Shown here in pieces: positions 24,888-35,686 of a DNA stretch of 64,000 nucleotides (position 1 is the first letter of the stretch; each line of letters begins with the position of its first letter). The position numbers were made by a program, and so were the translations under genes. This stretch comes from Curvularia clavata. Taxonomy: Eukaryota. The notes under the pieces were generated by a model, which saw nothing but the letters and a program-made list of their open reading frames with translations, was not told the DNA's origin and did not search any database. The stretch is from assembly GCA_023920165.1 (NCBI GenBank), contig CP089276.1:2728001-2792000 (forward strand). The letters run 5' to 3'.

Positions 24888-25710
24888 ATGGATGGAGCGG
24901 GCGACAATAGCAGTTCGGCCGTCGTTCCGCCCTACTGGCAGCGGCACCAGCGCAGCGCCAGCTACCACAGCACCTGCTCAGCGGACAACGGCCGCCCCGC
25001 GCCCATCGGCCTCGAGGACCACACCGACGACGGGTCTGAGCAGTGCAAGGCGCTGTGGGCCAAGGGCGTGACCATTGACGATTACGTCGTCGTCAGTGGC
25101 ACCGCGCCTGGCATTGGAGCTTACGTTGTCTGGAACTGTACGGTTGAGACGCTCGATGTGAGTGCTGCAGCCAATCGACTGCCGAGCCTGCCCATGCCAG
25201 AAACATATCGTCGTGCATGTGCATAGTGGACCGACAAGATGCATCCTGCTAACTAACGTGCGTGTCCAGGGAGGCCCCATGAAGATTCGCAAGAGGTGTG
25301 TAGCAGCAGCACCACCACCACTCTTCCCCGGAGGCTGTTTGCTTCTGTTTCTGTTGCTGACGAGTCGACGCTAGATATTCCGAGTTTGAGCACTTGTACG
25401 CCAGGCTGCTGCAGACGTTTCCCCACGCAACGGGCTCGCTGCCGCAGCTCCCTCCCAAATCTGTCATTTGTAAGTCGCGCACCACCTCACCTCACCTTAT
25501 CCACCCACCCCGCTGACTGCCTCGGCACAGCTCGCTTCAGGCCCCGTTTTCTGGAAAAGCGGAAACAAGGCCTATCGTACTTTCTCAAGTCGGTCCCAGT
25601 CGTATCGATAGCATCGCCTAGCGCATATTGGCTAACCTATTCTTAGCTGCGTCCTGCTCAACCCGGAATTCGCTGGCTCGCCCGTTCTCAAGGACTTTTT
25701 GTTCTCGTGA
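24888..25710 (+). CDS. YPT35: PX-domain endosomal/vacuolar adaptor Ypt35-like; exons 24888-25157, 25270-25295, 25375-25469, 25531-25588, 25647-25710
   Basis: Spliced product: LWAKGVTIDDYVVVSG..YVVWNCTVETLDGGPMKIRKRYSEF..LPQLPPKS..RFRPRFLEKRKQGLSYFLNCVLLNPEF. This carries the PX signatures (K/R)RYSEF and PxLPPK. Confidence 0.88.
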
Positions 25711-26518
25711 TGTCACGTTCGTATCCTATCATCGCCTTGGGGCCCTCGATCCTCATCCTCATCCCAGCCCTCGACGAGGCTGGGGCCCACGCCATGGCCG
25801 CCTATCGTGTCACTGGCCCGTCCGGGTTGACCGCGCTGACCATGTTGACGACGTCTCACGTGCCCGTTCAACGCAAACAACATCCATGTATCAACTTGCG
25901 CAGGTCGGCCATGCTGCCTGCAAGGAACTGCTGGCACAGTGGTTGGGTCGGGGAGGCTTTCTTTTTCTTTCTTTGCTTCTTCCTCTATTCTCTTCTCTTC
26001 TCTTCGTCGGTACTGTACCATTTCCCCGTCTCAGGCACACAAACACCTGTACATATACACGTTCTACATACATATATACTTGCAAATGCCACGGGCCAGC
26101 CAGCGGTTCAGCAAGATTGCTCAAAGTGCTAGCCATGGACTGGGACTGGGATGGCTGCCAAGTGATTGGTCGGCCAGCCTCGGTGGCGCCACCAGTTCGC
26201 CCAGCATGTGCTGCAAGCTGCCTTGATATGCTGGAGCAATAGGAAAACGTGAGAAATGTGCTATGAAGCTTAATCCGACGTCTGCTTGCCCGCGTGCCGT
26301 GGCGTCTGGCGTGCAGCCGTGGCAGAGGAAAGCGGTACAGGTACAGGCAAGCTCAAGCTCGCCTGCCAAAACAGCGCGGACGAGCTCTGCGAATCGACGA
26401 CCCCCTAACGGCTCGCGTTTTGCATGAACCCAGCCCAGCGCGACCCTCAATGGCAAACTCGACATGAAAAACTGAAAAATGACCCAGCCAGTCGCGAATG
26501 ATCTCCAGCTTGCTCAAC

Positions 26519-28239
26519 ATGGCCAACGCCGTTCGGCCTCTGCTGCGAGGCTCGAATGACCGGCAGACCAGACTCAACTTCTTGCCCGTGTCGCGCGATG
26601 ACGCCCTCGCCCACGCCCACGCCCACGCCCAGCGCAACACCACCGCGACCGCACCCACGGTCGCGACACGCAGAACTTCGCGGTCCAGTCCCTTACTTGC
26701 CCTCGCAGACGACCAAAAGCCTGTCCACCAGCCCGCCGACACTCCTGCGACACGCCCGCTGCCATCCAAGTCTCCGCCGCCGCCGCCTGTTGCCCGCCCC
26801 AACAGCAAGAAGCGGCCAGCCACTGAAGTCGATGCAGACGTGCAAGACACACGACCACCTACCAAGATTACCGTTACACAACCCCACGGCGACCTGGTGC
26901 GTATCCCCAGTCGGTCTTCCTTGCCCCGGTCTCTCGACGCCCACCATGTCCCTTCACCAGCGTCCTCGCCCCGACCAACCAGCGCGGGAAAGCTGACGGC
27001 CACGACGCCCGCTGCCCCCGCCCCGGCAGCCTCCAAGACAGCCTCGTCGACCGACAAGCGCAGTCTGAGGAGCCACGACGGCGGATCGCGCCTCAAGAGC
27101 CATCTGGCCATTTACTTTTACAACTACGACGATATCATCGCAGGCGTGCCCAAGGAGGACGGTAATATTTGCTGCCCTCGTGTCGCGCTGAGCGCTGGCT
27201 GACGTCGCATACAGAGTTTCTTGGCCTCGACACGCCCATATACATTTTTGACGAACCCATCAAGAGCAACACGCCAGCGCCTACCACACCACAGCCCTCA
27301 CGAGCCTCACTGAGTCCGACGCGCTCACGAAAAGTGAGGCCTGTTTCGCCCGTCTCTCCCTCGCGCCATGCCTCTGATGCAGCCATATCCCCGGCGCAGT
27401 CCTCCACATCCTTCCAAATTCTCAACTATGCCACCGTAGCCAATGCAATCCGCTACGAAGATGGCCAGGACCCCCTTGCTGACTCAGTCTTTTTTACTCA
27501 GCACCGCCGCGCTGAGCGCAAGGAAAAACAGCTGCGTAATATCGAGAAAGAACGCGCCATGCATGAAAAGGTGCAATTGGAGCGATTACTCGACGGCCTG
27601 CAGGGTCCCGACTGGCTCAAAGTCATGGGCATAACAGGCGTCACAGACGGCGAGAGGAAGGACTGGGAGGCCAAGCGCGACTACTTCATCAGGGAAGTCG
27701 AGGCGCTGGTCGACAAGTTTAGAGTATGGAAGGAAGAAGAGAAACGGTTACGTGCAGACAAGGAAGCCGCGCTGGCCGCAAAGGAGGAAGACGAGGAAGG
27801 AGACGGCGAAGAGACTGAGGAATCCGACAGCGTTGTCGGGAACGGCCGCGATGCACCTCCTCCGCGGCATCAACCCAAGGAGCCAGAGCCACCTAAGCCC
27901 AGGCGACCACCTCGTCCGCACGGCTTCCTACTTCCTCTTGTCCCACCCGAGCCTGCCGCCCCATTTCAGTCCTTCTACTCCAAACCCCATCTCCGTGCCG
28001 CGGCACTAGGCAAGCACCGCCACGGCCGCAACGCCAGTGCTTTTGGCCAACCTATTCCCGACTTCCCAGAAAAGGAGTTTGAGCTCCCAGACGACTTCAT
28101 CGACCCCCAGTTCCTACGCGATAATGCGCGGCAAAGGAGGAGGAGGAAGCGTGAGAGTGGTGTTAACAACTCGAGTGCTACGCCGTCTGCATCTGCATCT
28201 GCATCTGCATCAACAGCATCAGCATCCAATATGCAATAG
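26519..28239 (+). CDS. SAS4: Something-about-silencing 4 (SAS acetyltransferase complex subunit); intron 27162-27214; alternative in-frame ATG at 26498
   Basis: RSLRSHDGGSRLKS.L..YF.NY and the SAS4 domain DPL.D..F...HRRAERKEKQLRNIEKERAMHEKVQLERLL..LQG.DWLKVMG...KF..WKEEEK. Confidence 0.85.
28186..28226 (+). repeat. (TCTGCA)n hexamer run encoding the Ser-Ala tail of SAS4
   Basis: tctgcatctgcatctgcatctgcatc followed by degenerate copies. Confidence 0.85.
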
Positions 28240-28612
28240 TCTTTTTTTTTCTCTGACGTCTTAATCGGAGCAGTTCTCTCTTCTTCTTCTTCTTTTTTTT
28301 TCGTGGTCTTCTGATACACATACACACACATATGTATACCCTTGCTCAAAACTTGTTGTGTTATCTGCCTCAACAACAACAATAACAACAAGGTTCCATC
28401 GAAAAAGTGCTAGTATGTATATGAAAAACAGAAGTACGGTGTTGATGGTGCAAATTCTCTCTGGCGTTTCTTTTGGCTCTGTTATCAATGTGCATTGGAG
28501 GGGTTGTCGGGAGTAATGTCTCTTTTTTGAGTTGTTGATTTGATGCTGAGGAAGGGGTGGAATGGAAATGTATATATCGTGTGGTATGTAGATGAATGGC
28601 TTGTTCTCATAC

Positions 28613-28617
<5 letters not shown>

Positions 28618-28669
<52 letters not shown>
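28618..28669. repeat. Compound microsatellite (TC)n(GT)n
   Basis: About 18 TC units directly followed by about 7 GT units, between the convergent SAS4 and RRN3 genes. Confidence 0.95.
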
Positions 28670-29221
28670 CGTGACCAGACGATGAGACATGGTTGTAAAA
28701 GAGGGTATATGGTGCTCTCAAACTACGAGACTATGGGATACTATTGCATACCAGCTACGTCAATACAGACCTCATTCCTTCAGTTTCCCATTCTCCATCT
28801 CACAAAAGAAGTGCCACACTTGATGCCCGTACCCTTTGACAACATTCACCAACCTCAACCATGAATACCAGAAGATAGAATTATAAGTATCATTGTCATT
28901 CCCAACCTTACGCCCCTTGAGGACATTCGGTCATGTATCGCTACCTAGGTGCCAAAAAAGGCACACTTTATCATCAAAATAGCTTTCAGCAAGAAGAACA
29001 AGCAGTAGAAAAAACCACACATCATGGGTGAGAGCCCCCCCAAAAGAGGCTCTCTTCATACAAAAGGCCCCCATTTTTCCTTTCGAATAGATAGTAGAAA
29101 CCCAGGCGCCGAGCTAAATGCTTTCCACCACTTTTACCGTATGGTCTTCGCTATGAAAAAAAAAGAAGATATGTCAAGTGACAATTAAACAGAAAAAAAA
29201 AGAAGCTCAAAGAGCTAAAGC

Positions 29222-31294
29222 TTACATACTTGCCTCGGTACTCCCATCGTCAAGGTCATCAGGAAGTACTCCGTCGTCCTCGTCGTCCTCAGAGCCATTT
29301 TCCTCGCCCGCTTCGTCGTCAGGATCAGATGTGCTATCATCGTCATCGTCATCTTCATCCTCTTCATCCTCTTCATCCTCGTCGTCGTCGTCATCATCAT
29401 CGTCGTCTTTTTCCACTGGCATGCCGGGAACAGGTCTCCACTGGACGTAATCGTGCTCGAGCCAACGTTTGCTGCGTGGCAGCACGTAGGGATCGAATGG
29501 AAAGTATGCGTCCATTAAGAAGGCTTCCTCGCCCTTTTTGCCAGTGAGAGCCGTTTCTCGGCCGCCGATGCCGTTGAGATAGCCACTGGCGAGACTGCGC
29601 GACAGTCGTACCCGCTTGTTGGTTTCGACCAGTGTGTCTACGTAGGTGAAGCGGAGGTACTTGGCAATGCGACCAAATTGCTTGACGATTTCTGGTGCGC
29701 ATATCCGGAGCGGGTTAAGCTTGCAGAAGATGTTGCGCCGCACAATCTCGAGTGTCGAGCGATGCCACTCAAAGTCGCCCTCGTGATACATGATGTCTGC
29801 GTCGGTAGGTAGAGAGCCATCTGGTGTCACGATGAGATCGCGCCATCGGAAGCAAAAGGCATAGAGCAGCGCTTGCGCAATGGCGTAGTACGTGCCGTAG
29901 CGACGCAAATCCGGCCCGGTGCACTTGGGCTCGTGCAACATACGCAAACGCTCGAGTTGCGAGCATAACAGGTCAAAGACATTGCGCACGACGAACCCAG
30001 GGACGTGTGCACCACGGGCAATGTATGAGGCCAGATAGGCGCAGGCTGATGCGCGGAGCAGTGGGGGTCGATTTGAGTCAATGGCGAGATGTGAGCACGT
30101 ATCGACAAAGCGTTCCATGAAATCGGTCGACAACTGGCTGAAGTGGAAGAGGATGAACTGTGTGTGTCGTGACCTGTATGTGGGGATGATGATGGATTGA
30201 AATTGTGCAATCAGAGACTGATAGGTGCGGTCCATTTCCAACAGATCGCCCTTCTCGAAAATGGAGTCGTAGTAGGCAAACTGAACGTCCATGACCGTGT
30301 CGAGCTTGAGCATCGTATCCTTGATATCCTTGAGCCGCTGCTCTTCTGGGTCTAGACTGTCGTCGCTCAAGACGGAGCCATCGTCGCTCATGTCGTCGTC
30401 ATCCTCCTCGTTGTGAATGGCATCACCCACGAGCCGCTCCTCGAGGTCGTCGTCCATGTCTTCCATGTCCATTTGCATTTGGGCATCAATCTTGCACAGC
30501 TTGTCGGTTACCAGGGCGAGGATCTCACCTCGGATCTCCGGCACGTATTCTGTGACTTTGAAGATGTTTCTGATGTATTCGACGTGTGTCTTGGCGCTGT
30601 CGTTGGAGAAGGGAAAAGTGCTGGCAATGATGGGAGAAAGGTACGAGCTGGCCATTGGGGCATATCGAAGTATCAAGATGAGGGTCTCGTGGATTCGCGT
30701 CTGTAGGCGCACTCGTTCTATCGGAGGGTCGTCGTACTGCCTAGCATGCACTGACGGCGGGCTGAGGAACATGTCGACCAGCATCTGCAGCACAGTCGAC
30801 ATGAAGCCAGACTGTACTGAGAGCAAGGAGCGCAGGAAGTGGCGGTAGGAGCGCAAGAAGTCTTCATTGCGGGCAACCCAGCAGCAATCGATGACGGCAT
30901 GGACCAGACCTTTGCAGTTGTGGTCGAGCTGTGGGGTGTGGTTGATGAGGGCCACCAGGTACTTTTGAAGGAGCCGTGACGATGGTGCGTTGGCCGACGT
31001 GGGAGCCTCGTTGAAGAGGGCTTTGATTGCATCATATGCCGCCTTCTCGCCCGTGGCGTGCTTCTCGATGGCTCTGCGCACCTCCTCGCCGACCAACTCT
31101 GCGCTCTTTTCATTGTGCTCACTCAGTATCCGGACGTCGACATCGGGGTCAAAAGTGACCTTGCGCTTCTTCAGCTGGGCCGGGGTCGTGTTGTTCGCGT
31201 TGGGCGAGTGCTCGATTTGTTTGCGTTTGAGGCTGCCAGCCGTGCTCGGGGTGACGGCGAGCGGCGATGGAATATTGGTAGCAAGGGAGACCAT
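29222..31294 (-). CDS. RRN3: RNA polymerase I-specific transcription initiation factor
   Basis: Single-exon 690 aa ORF with KLCKIDAQMQ, KLDTVMD, IIPTYRSRHTQFILFH, YLASYIARG, QALLYAFCFRWRDL, LNPLRIC, YFPFDPYVLPRS and an acidic tail. Confidence 0.95.
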   Translation of the reverse strand: MVSLATNIPSPLAVTPSTAGSLKRKQIEHSPNANNTTPAQLKKRKVTFDPDVDVRILSEHNEKSAELVGEEVRRAIEKHATGEKAAYDAIKALFNEAPTSANAPSSRLLQKYLVALINHTPQLDHNCKGLVHAVIDCCWVARNEDFLRSYRHFLRSLLSVQSGFMSTVLQMLVDMFLSPPSVHARQYDDPPIERVRLQTRIHETLILILRYAPMASSYLSPIIASTFPFSNDSAKTHVEYIRNIFKVTEYVPEIRGEILALVTDKLCKIDAQMQMDMEDMDDDLEERLVGDAIHNEEDDDDMSDDGSVLSDDSLDPEEQRLKDIKDTMLKLDTVMDVQFAYYDSIFEKGDLLEMDRTYQSLIAQFQSIIIPTYRSRHTQFILFHFSQLSTDFMERFVDTCSHLAIDSNRPPLLRASACAYLASYIARGAHVPGFVVRNVFDLLCSQLERLRMLHEPKCTGPDLRRYGTYYAIAQALLYAFCFRWRDLIVTPDGSLPTDADIMYHEGDFEWHRSTLEIVRRNIFCKLNPLRICAPEIVKQFGRIAKYLRFTYVDTLVETNKRVRLSRSLASGYLNGIGGRETALTGKKGEEAFLMDAYFPFDPYVLPRSKRWLEHDYVQWRPVPGMPVEKDDDDDDDDDEDEEDEEDEDDDDDDSTSDPDDEAGEENGSEDDEDDGVLPDDLDDGSTEASM

Positions 31295-31522
31295 GGCGGA
31301 TAGGGAAGCGACTGGCGCAGACTTTCACATTGGATCAGACGACTAGGTAAGCAGCGAGGGTGTTGTTGCCCGTGGGTGAGCAAAAAAGGACAGCGGAGGG
31401 GCGGGGGAGGTGAATGCACGCGACTGTGCGGTTAGGCTCCGAGAGAATTTCAGCGGGTCAATTACATAAGCACGGACACGGCTACAACGGTTTGCTACTA
31501 GGCTAATCCACTCTATCACGAA

Positions 31523-32360
31523 TTACATTTCGCCGCATTGTGCAATGACGATATCCTGCACGGGCTTTCCGTCGGTGCTGGAAAGAGTGCGCGTGTTCTC
31601 AATCTTGGTTACTACGTCCATGCCTTCGACAACGTTGCCAAATACCACGTGCTTTCCATTTAGATGAGGGGTGCCGTTCTTGGCGGTGATGATGAAGAAC
31701 TGGCAGCCATTGGTATTGGGGCCGCTGTTCTTTTTTGGCTGTTAGTGTTGCATGAGGCGAGTCCAAGGGCAGGAGCAACTTACTGCCATGGACAGCAGGC
31801 CCGGCTTGTCGTGGCTCAGGGTGAAGTTCTCATCGGCAAACTTTTCTGTGCCCCAGATGGTCCTGGAGCCTGTGCCGTTGCCATTGATGAAGTCTCCGCC
31901 CTGGATCATGAATCCTTTAATCTGAGCTGGGTTAGTGTCTTTGGCAAGCAGCGGGCGGGAGCATTAAGATCAAGGCGCTGGGGGGCCGGGCAGGGTGAAA
32001 CTTACGACACGGTGGAACTTGCAGCCCTTGTAGCCCTGGGGCTGTCCGCGATTGTTCTTGGTCTCGCCCGTGCAGAACTGGCGAAAGTTCTCGGCCGTCT
32101 TTGGGACGACGTCCTTGAACAGTTCCATCTTGATCCTGCCCAGGCTCTCGCCTGATTGCTTATGTCAGTCCGAGGTGTCGGGGTGCGGGGCGGCCATGCT
32201 AGCCAAAACAGGGCCGACGGCCCAGCAAAGGGCGCAGGCGCGTGGAGTAAAATGTGCAGCACAGCGAGGGGTAGCAAAAGAAAGCGTGCAGGCAGTCAGG
32301 CATACCTCCTAGGGTGATGTCGAAGAAGACGACGGGGTTGGGCTCGGTAGGGGCGGCCAT
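31523..32360 (-). CDS. CYP3: Cyclophilin-type peptidyl-prolyl isomerase, most like cyclophilin H (PPIH/Cyp3, U4/U6 snRNP); exons 32360-32306, 32151-32006, 31921-31784, 31729-31523
   Basis: [97 protein letters not shown] and the QCGEM ending point to PPIH. Confidence 0.9.
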
Positions 32361-33367
32361 GTCTGTGGCGGTGCAGTTTGCTTTGGTGGAGCAAGCAGAA
32401 AAGAGAGCAGAGTCAGTCTATCGTGTACAAGGTCGTATTGGATAGCGTGTGGACGGGTCGTGCAGCGCCTGGGGGAGGCGATTGTCGCGCCCTCTAGCGC
32501 TGGGGAAAGGCTCCACCCGAACCCGCAGGGATGCTGGCCTGACTGACTACGCAATCTTTGGGCTGCTCTGCTCTGCTCTGCGCTGCTCGAGCGGCGGCGC
32601 AGCGCTGATCCTTGGCCGCGTCTGTGTGCGAGTGAATGAATCCGCGTGTGGTGTGCGCAGTGTGCATGGAGGTGTCAGCCACGTCTTGTATTGGTGATGG
32701 CACCTGCATGCAATATCAACGCAGGGATGGCGACGCGCATTTGCGTTTGCATCTGCATTTGCATTGCCTGAACCACGACGCCTGCAATAAGGGCGCATCC
32801 AGCGCAGCGCAGCACAGCGCCTTCAAACATACGCACAATCGCTGCGCCGAACCATCGGCCGACTCGTCGGCGCCGTCGCAATCAGGCGGGACAGTTGCCG
32901 TCTGTGTGTTACGATAAAGGCGCCGGGACTTGGGCTGCCCGGCTTCCTTGGCAGCTGCCCTCTGCATTAGCCACCTCTCTGCGGCCTTTATCCGCCATAA
33001 GCCTGCCCTGCACCTCCCACCCAAAACCCCGTCACCGTCTTCTCTGCCCGCCGCTTTCCCAGCCCCAGCCTCAACATCGCTCCACCATCGACGCGCGACC
33101 ACCCCCCGTCGTGTCGTCCGCATCGCATGGCCGACTACGCTCGCCGCTCCATTCACCGCTAGCCATTGTGGCAACCCGCTCTCACTGCTGCTCCGTTGCG
33201 CTGCCTCGTCTCCAAGCCAACTCTGCTCCCTCGCCACAGCCCACAGTCGCTGCCCTCACCACCCCACGCGACCTCGACGCAAGCCCTACGCTTCAGTCGC
33301 CAGCCGACCCCTTTCGACGGCCATATACATCTACCTATGCGACACTGGTCCTCGGCGTTAACCCACC

Positions 33368-34713
33368 ATGTCCTCGACTTCAATCTTCTCCAGTCAGCCT
33401 AGCCCGACCCGGGCCACCACCGACAACAACAACAACGACAATAGCAGCAACAATGGCCCTACCAGTTCGCCCCTGCTTTTCTTTGTTGCCCTGGGTTTTG
33501 GTGTTGTCTTCACAAATCTATGGTAGGCGCCGGCCACTGACAGGTTCCATGGTTGACCCTGCTGACATGTGCAACCAGGATCATTGTTGGCGTCAAGTAC
33601 TGTTTCCGCTACAATCGTCGTCGCGCAGCGCAAAATGCTGCAAACACGGAGATTGACATGACCAACATGCCCCGTCCCCACCGAAGGAGGAGGGAGAAGA
33701 AGCTCATGACCATGGATGAAGTCAACGAACGTTTCCCACTAACCAAGTACAAGCAATGGAAGTCAAGCCGCGAAACAGAGGGTCTGCCATCCAGCGGCGG
33801 CATTGCGACAGCACCCCAGAGTAGAGCGCCGAGCATCAAGGGCGTTGAAGCTACCACCACAGCCCCAGGTGAAGGACCAGGCCCTCAAACCGATACTGCA
33901 CTGGCCATGGCCCGCCATCATGCTTCGAAAAACTCGACTTCGGGCGAGACAATGACTCCGAGATCAAGTGTTGAAAGCACCAAAGGCGAACAAGCCCGTG
34001 ATGCTGAGAAGCAGCTGGAGAAAGATAATGCCGTCACAACAAAGGCTAAAGAGAGCCACGAGCATGGTGCTGCCCCCCAAGCAAATGTGTGCGAACGTGA
34101 AGACGATTCGGATGACGACGATGATGACCCAATTCGCACGGCTACTGCACCAGAACTGCTTTCCGAGCCTGGCGACACGTGCGCCATCTGTATCGATCTT
34201 CTCGAGGACGACGAAGATGTGAGAGGGCTGACTTGCGGTCACGCCTTCCACGCCAGCTGTGTCGACCCCTGGTTGACAAGTCGCCGTGCGTGCTGCCCGC
34301 TCTGCAAGGCTGACTACTACGTTCCCAAACCACGCCCAGAAGGTGAAGTCGACCCTGCCACCGGTCGCCGTTCAGCTGCCTCTCCCAGATCACCGCCACA
34401 GGCTGTCTGGACATCGTCTAATCCCTTTTCACGCTCTCGTGTTCTCATCATCAGTTCCGATCCCCATCAAGCGGGTCCTGATCACCTCGGGCGGTTAGGT
34501 CGACACAGTCGGCGCGCTCATCCCACATCACCACAAGAGACAGCCCAAACAGGGCAGAATCCCAGCTGGCTATCACGGATAACACCCAGCCAGCCCCATC
34601 CTCCCATGTTCTCGCGCTGGTTCACTCGCAACAGGGGCGATGCCAACAATGTAAATACTCCCACAGCCACCCAGCAACCTACACCAGGTCAGCTGGAAGC
34701 CGGCACTCGGTAG
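33368..34713 (+). CDS. Single-pass membrane RING-H2 E3 ubiquitin ligase (ATL-like); exons 33368-33522, 33579-34713
   Basis: Transmembrane segment SSPLLFFVALGFGVVFTNLWIIVGVKYCFRYN across intron 33523-33578; RING-H2 CAIC..C.H.FH..C...W......CPLC. Confidence 0.9.
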
Positions 34714-35686
34714 TCGCCACAGCTGCGCTTGCCAATAAGCATCTGCTTTGAGTTTTGATTACATCTTCACGTCTCTTAACGAATACGCCCCATGCCCTCG
34801 GATCTTTTTGTGCACTGTCGCTTTTGTTCTCCTCGCACAAACGAGGAGTCTTGTACCTTCCTCCACCCCACTCCAATGCCGGCATTTTTTGCCCCTCATC
34901 CCAGCGATTGAGCAAGCGACCACGTCTCCAATCCCCCTCCCACCTTGTTTGTCGTGTTTTCACTTTAGCTGCATAGTAGTATTCTTAGTATCTATTGGGC
35001 ACACAGCATCTTGGCGGCTCTGGGTCTCATTTGAGATATCCTTCATCTTGGGAGTCTGTCTGTCAGTCAGTCGGTAACGAGACGAGGAATTGAGAGAGAC
35101 GTTTCTGTGGGGAACTGATATAAGTCAGTAACTCTTCCTCTGTACCATCTTTTCTGTTGACGGAGTGAACGTGTTTACATATATACATTGTACATGGAGC
35201 CATTGACGGCTAATGTAGTAGTATATGTATACACAACATACCACACATATCTATGTAGGACACTGGGGAATCAACTGGAGGACTATTGTCTTTTTCCATT
35301 TCGTGCTTGGTTTTGTATTTCTTTTCTTCCCAGTGTAGTGGACAGGAAATGGAAATGGAGAGCGAAGATCATCAATGTCAAGAGTTTGTCCTTTTTATCA
35401 TAGAAGAAATATAAATTACTTCAATGGTATAATACTACCCCAGGTATTCATATATGCCTCACTTCGCAAATGAGCAGTGGTCACCTTCGTAACCATGAGA
35501 AATCCGAAAAAAAAAACATCAGGACCAGGACTAGAGGGCTTTGATCCTCGCGTCATCGAGCCGTACTTTCCTAAACGCCCCTTTCAAGCCCCCTCGGCTA
35601 TCCATCTCCTTTCGAGAAGAAAAAAGAAGGGTCCAAAAAAGAAAAAACTGAACCACACTTTCCCATCTCATCCCGCCTCATGGTAA

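Noticed and set aside
31664..32155. 163-aa ORF on the + strand
   Set aside because: Antisense shadow of the cyclophilin gene.
32716..33656. Several overlapping long ORFs upstream of the RING gene
   Set aside because: C-rich leader depleted of stop codons. The real start is ATG 33368, in another frame.
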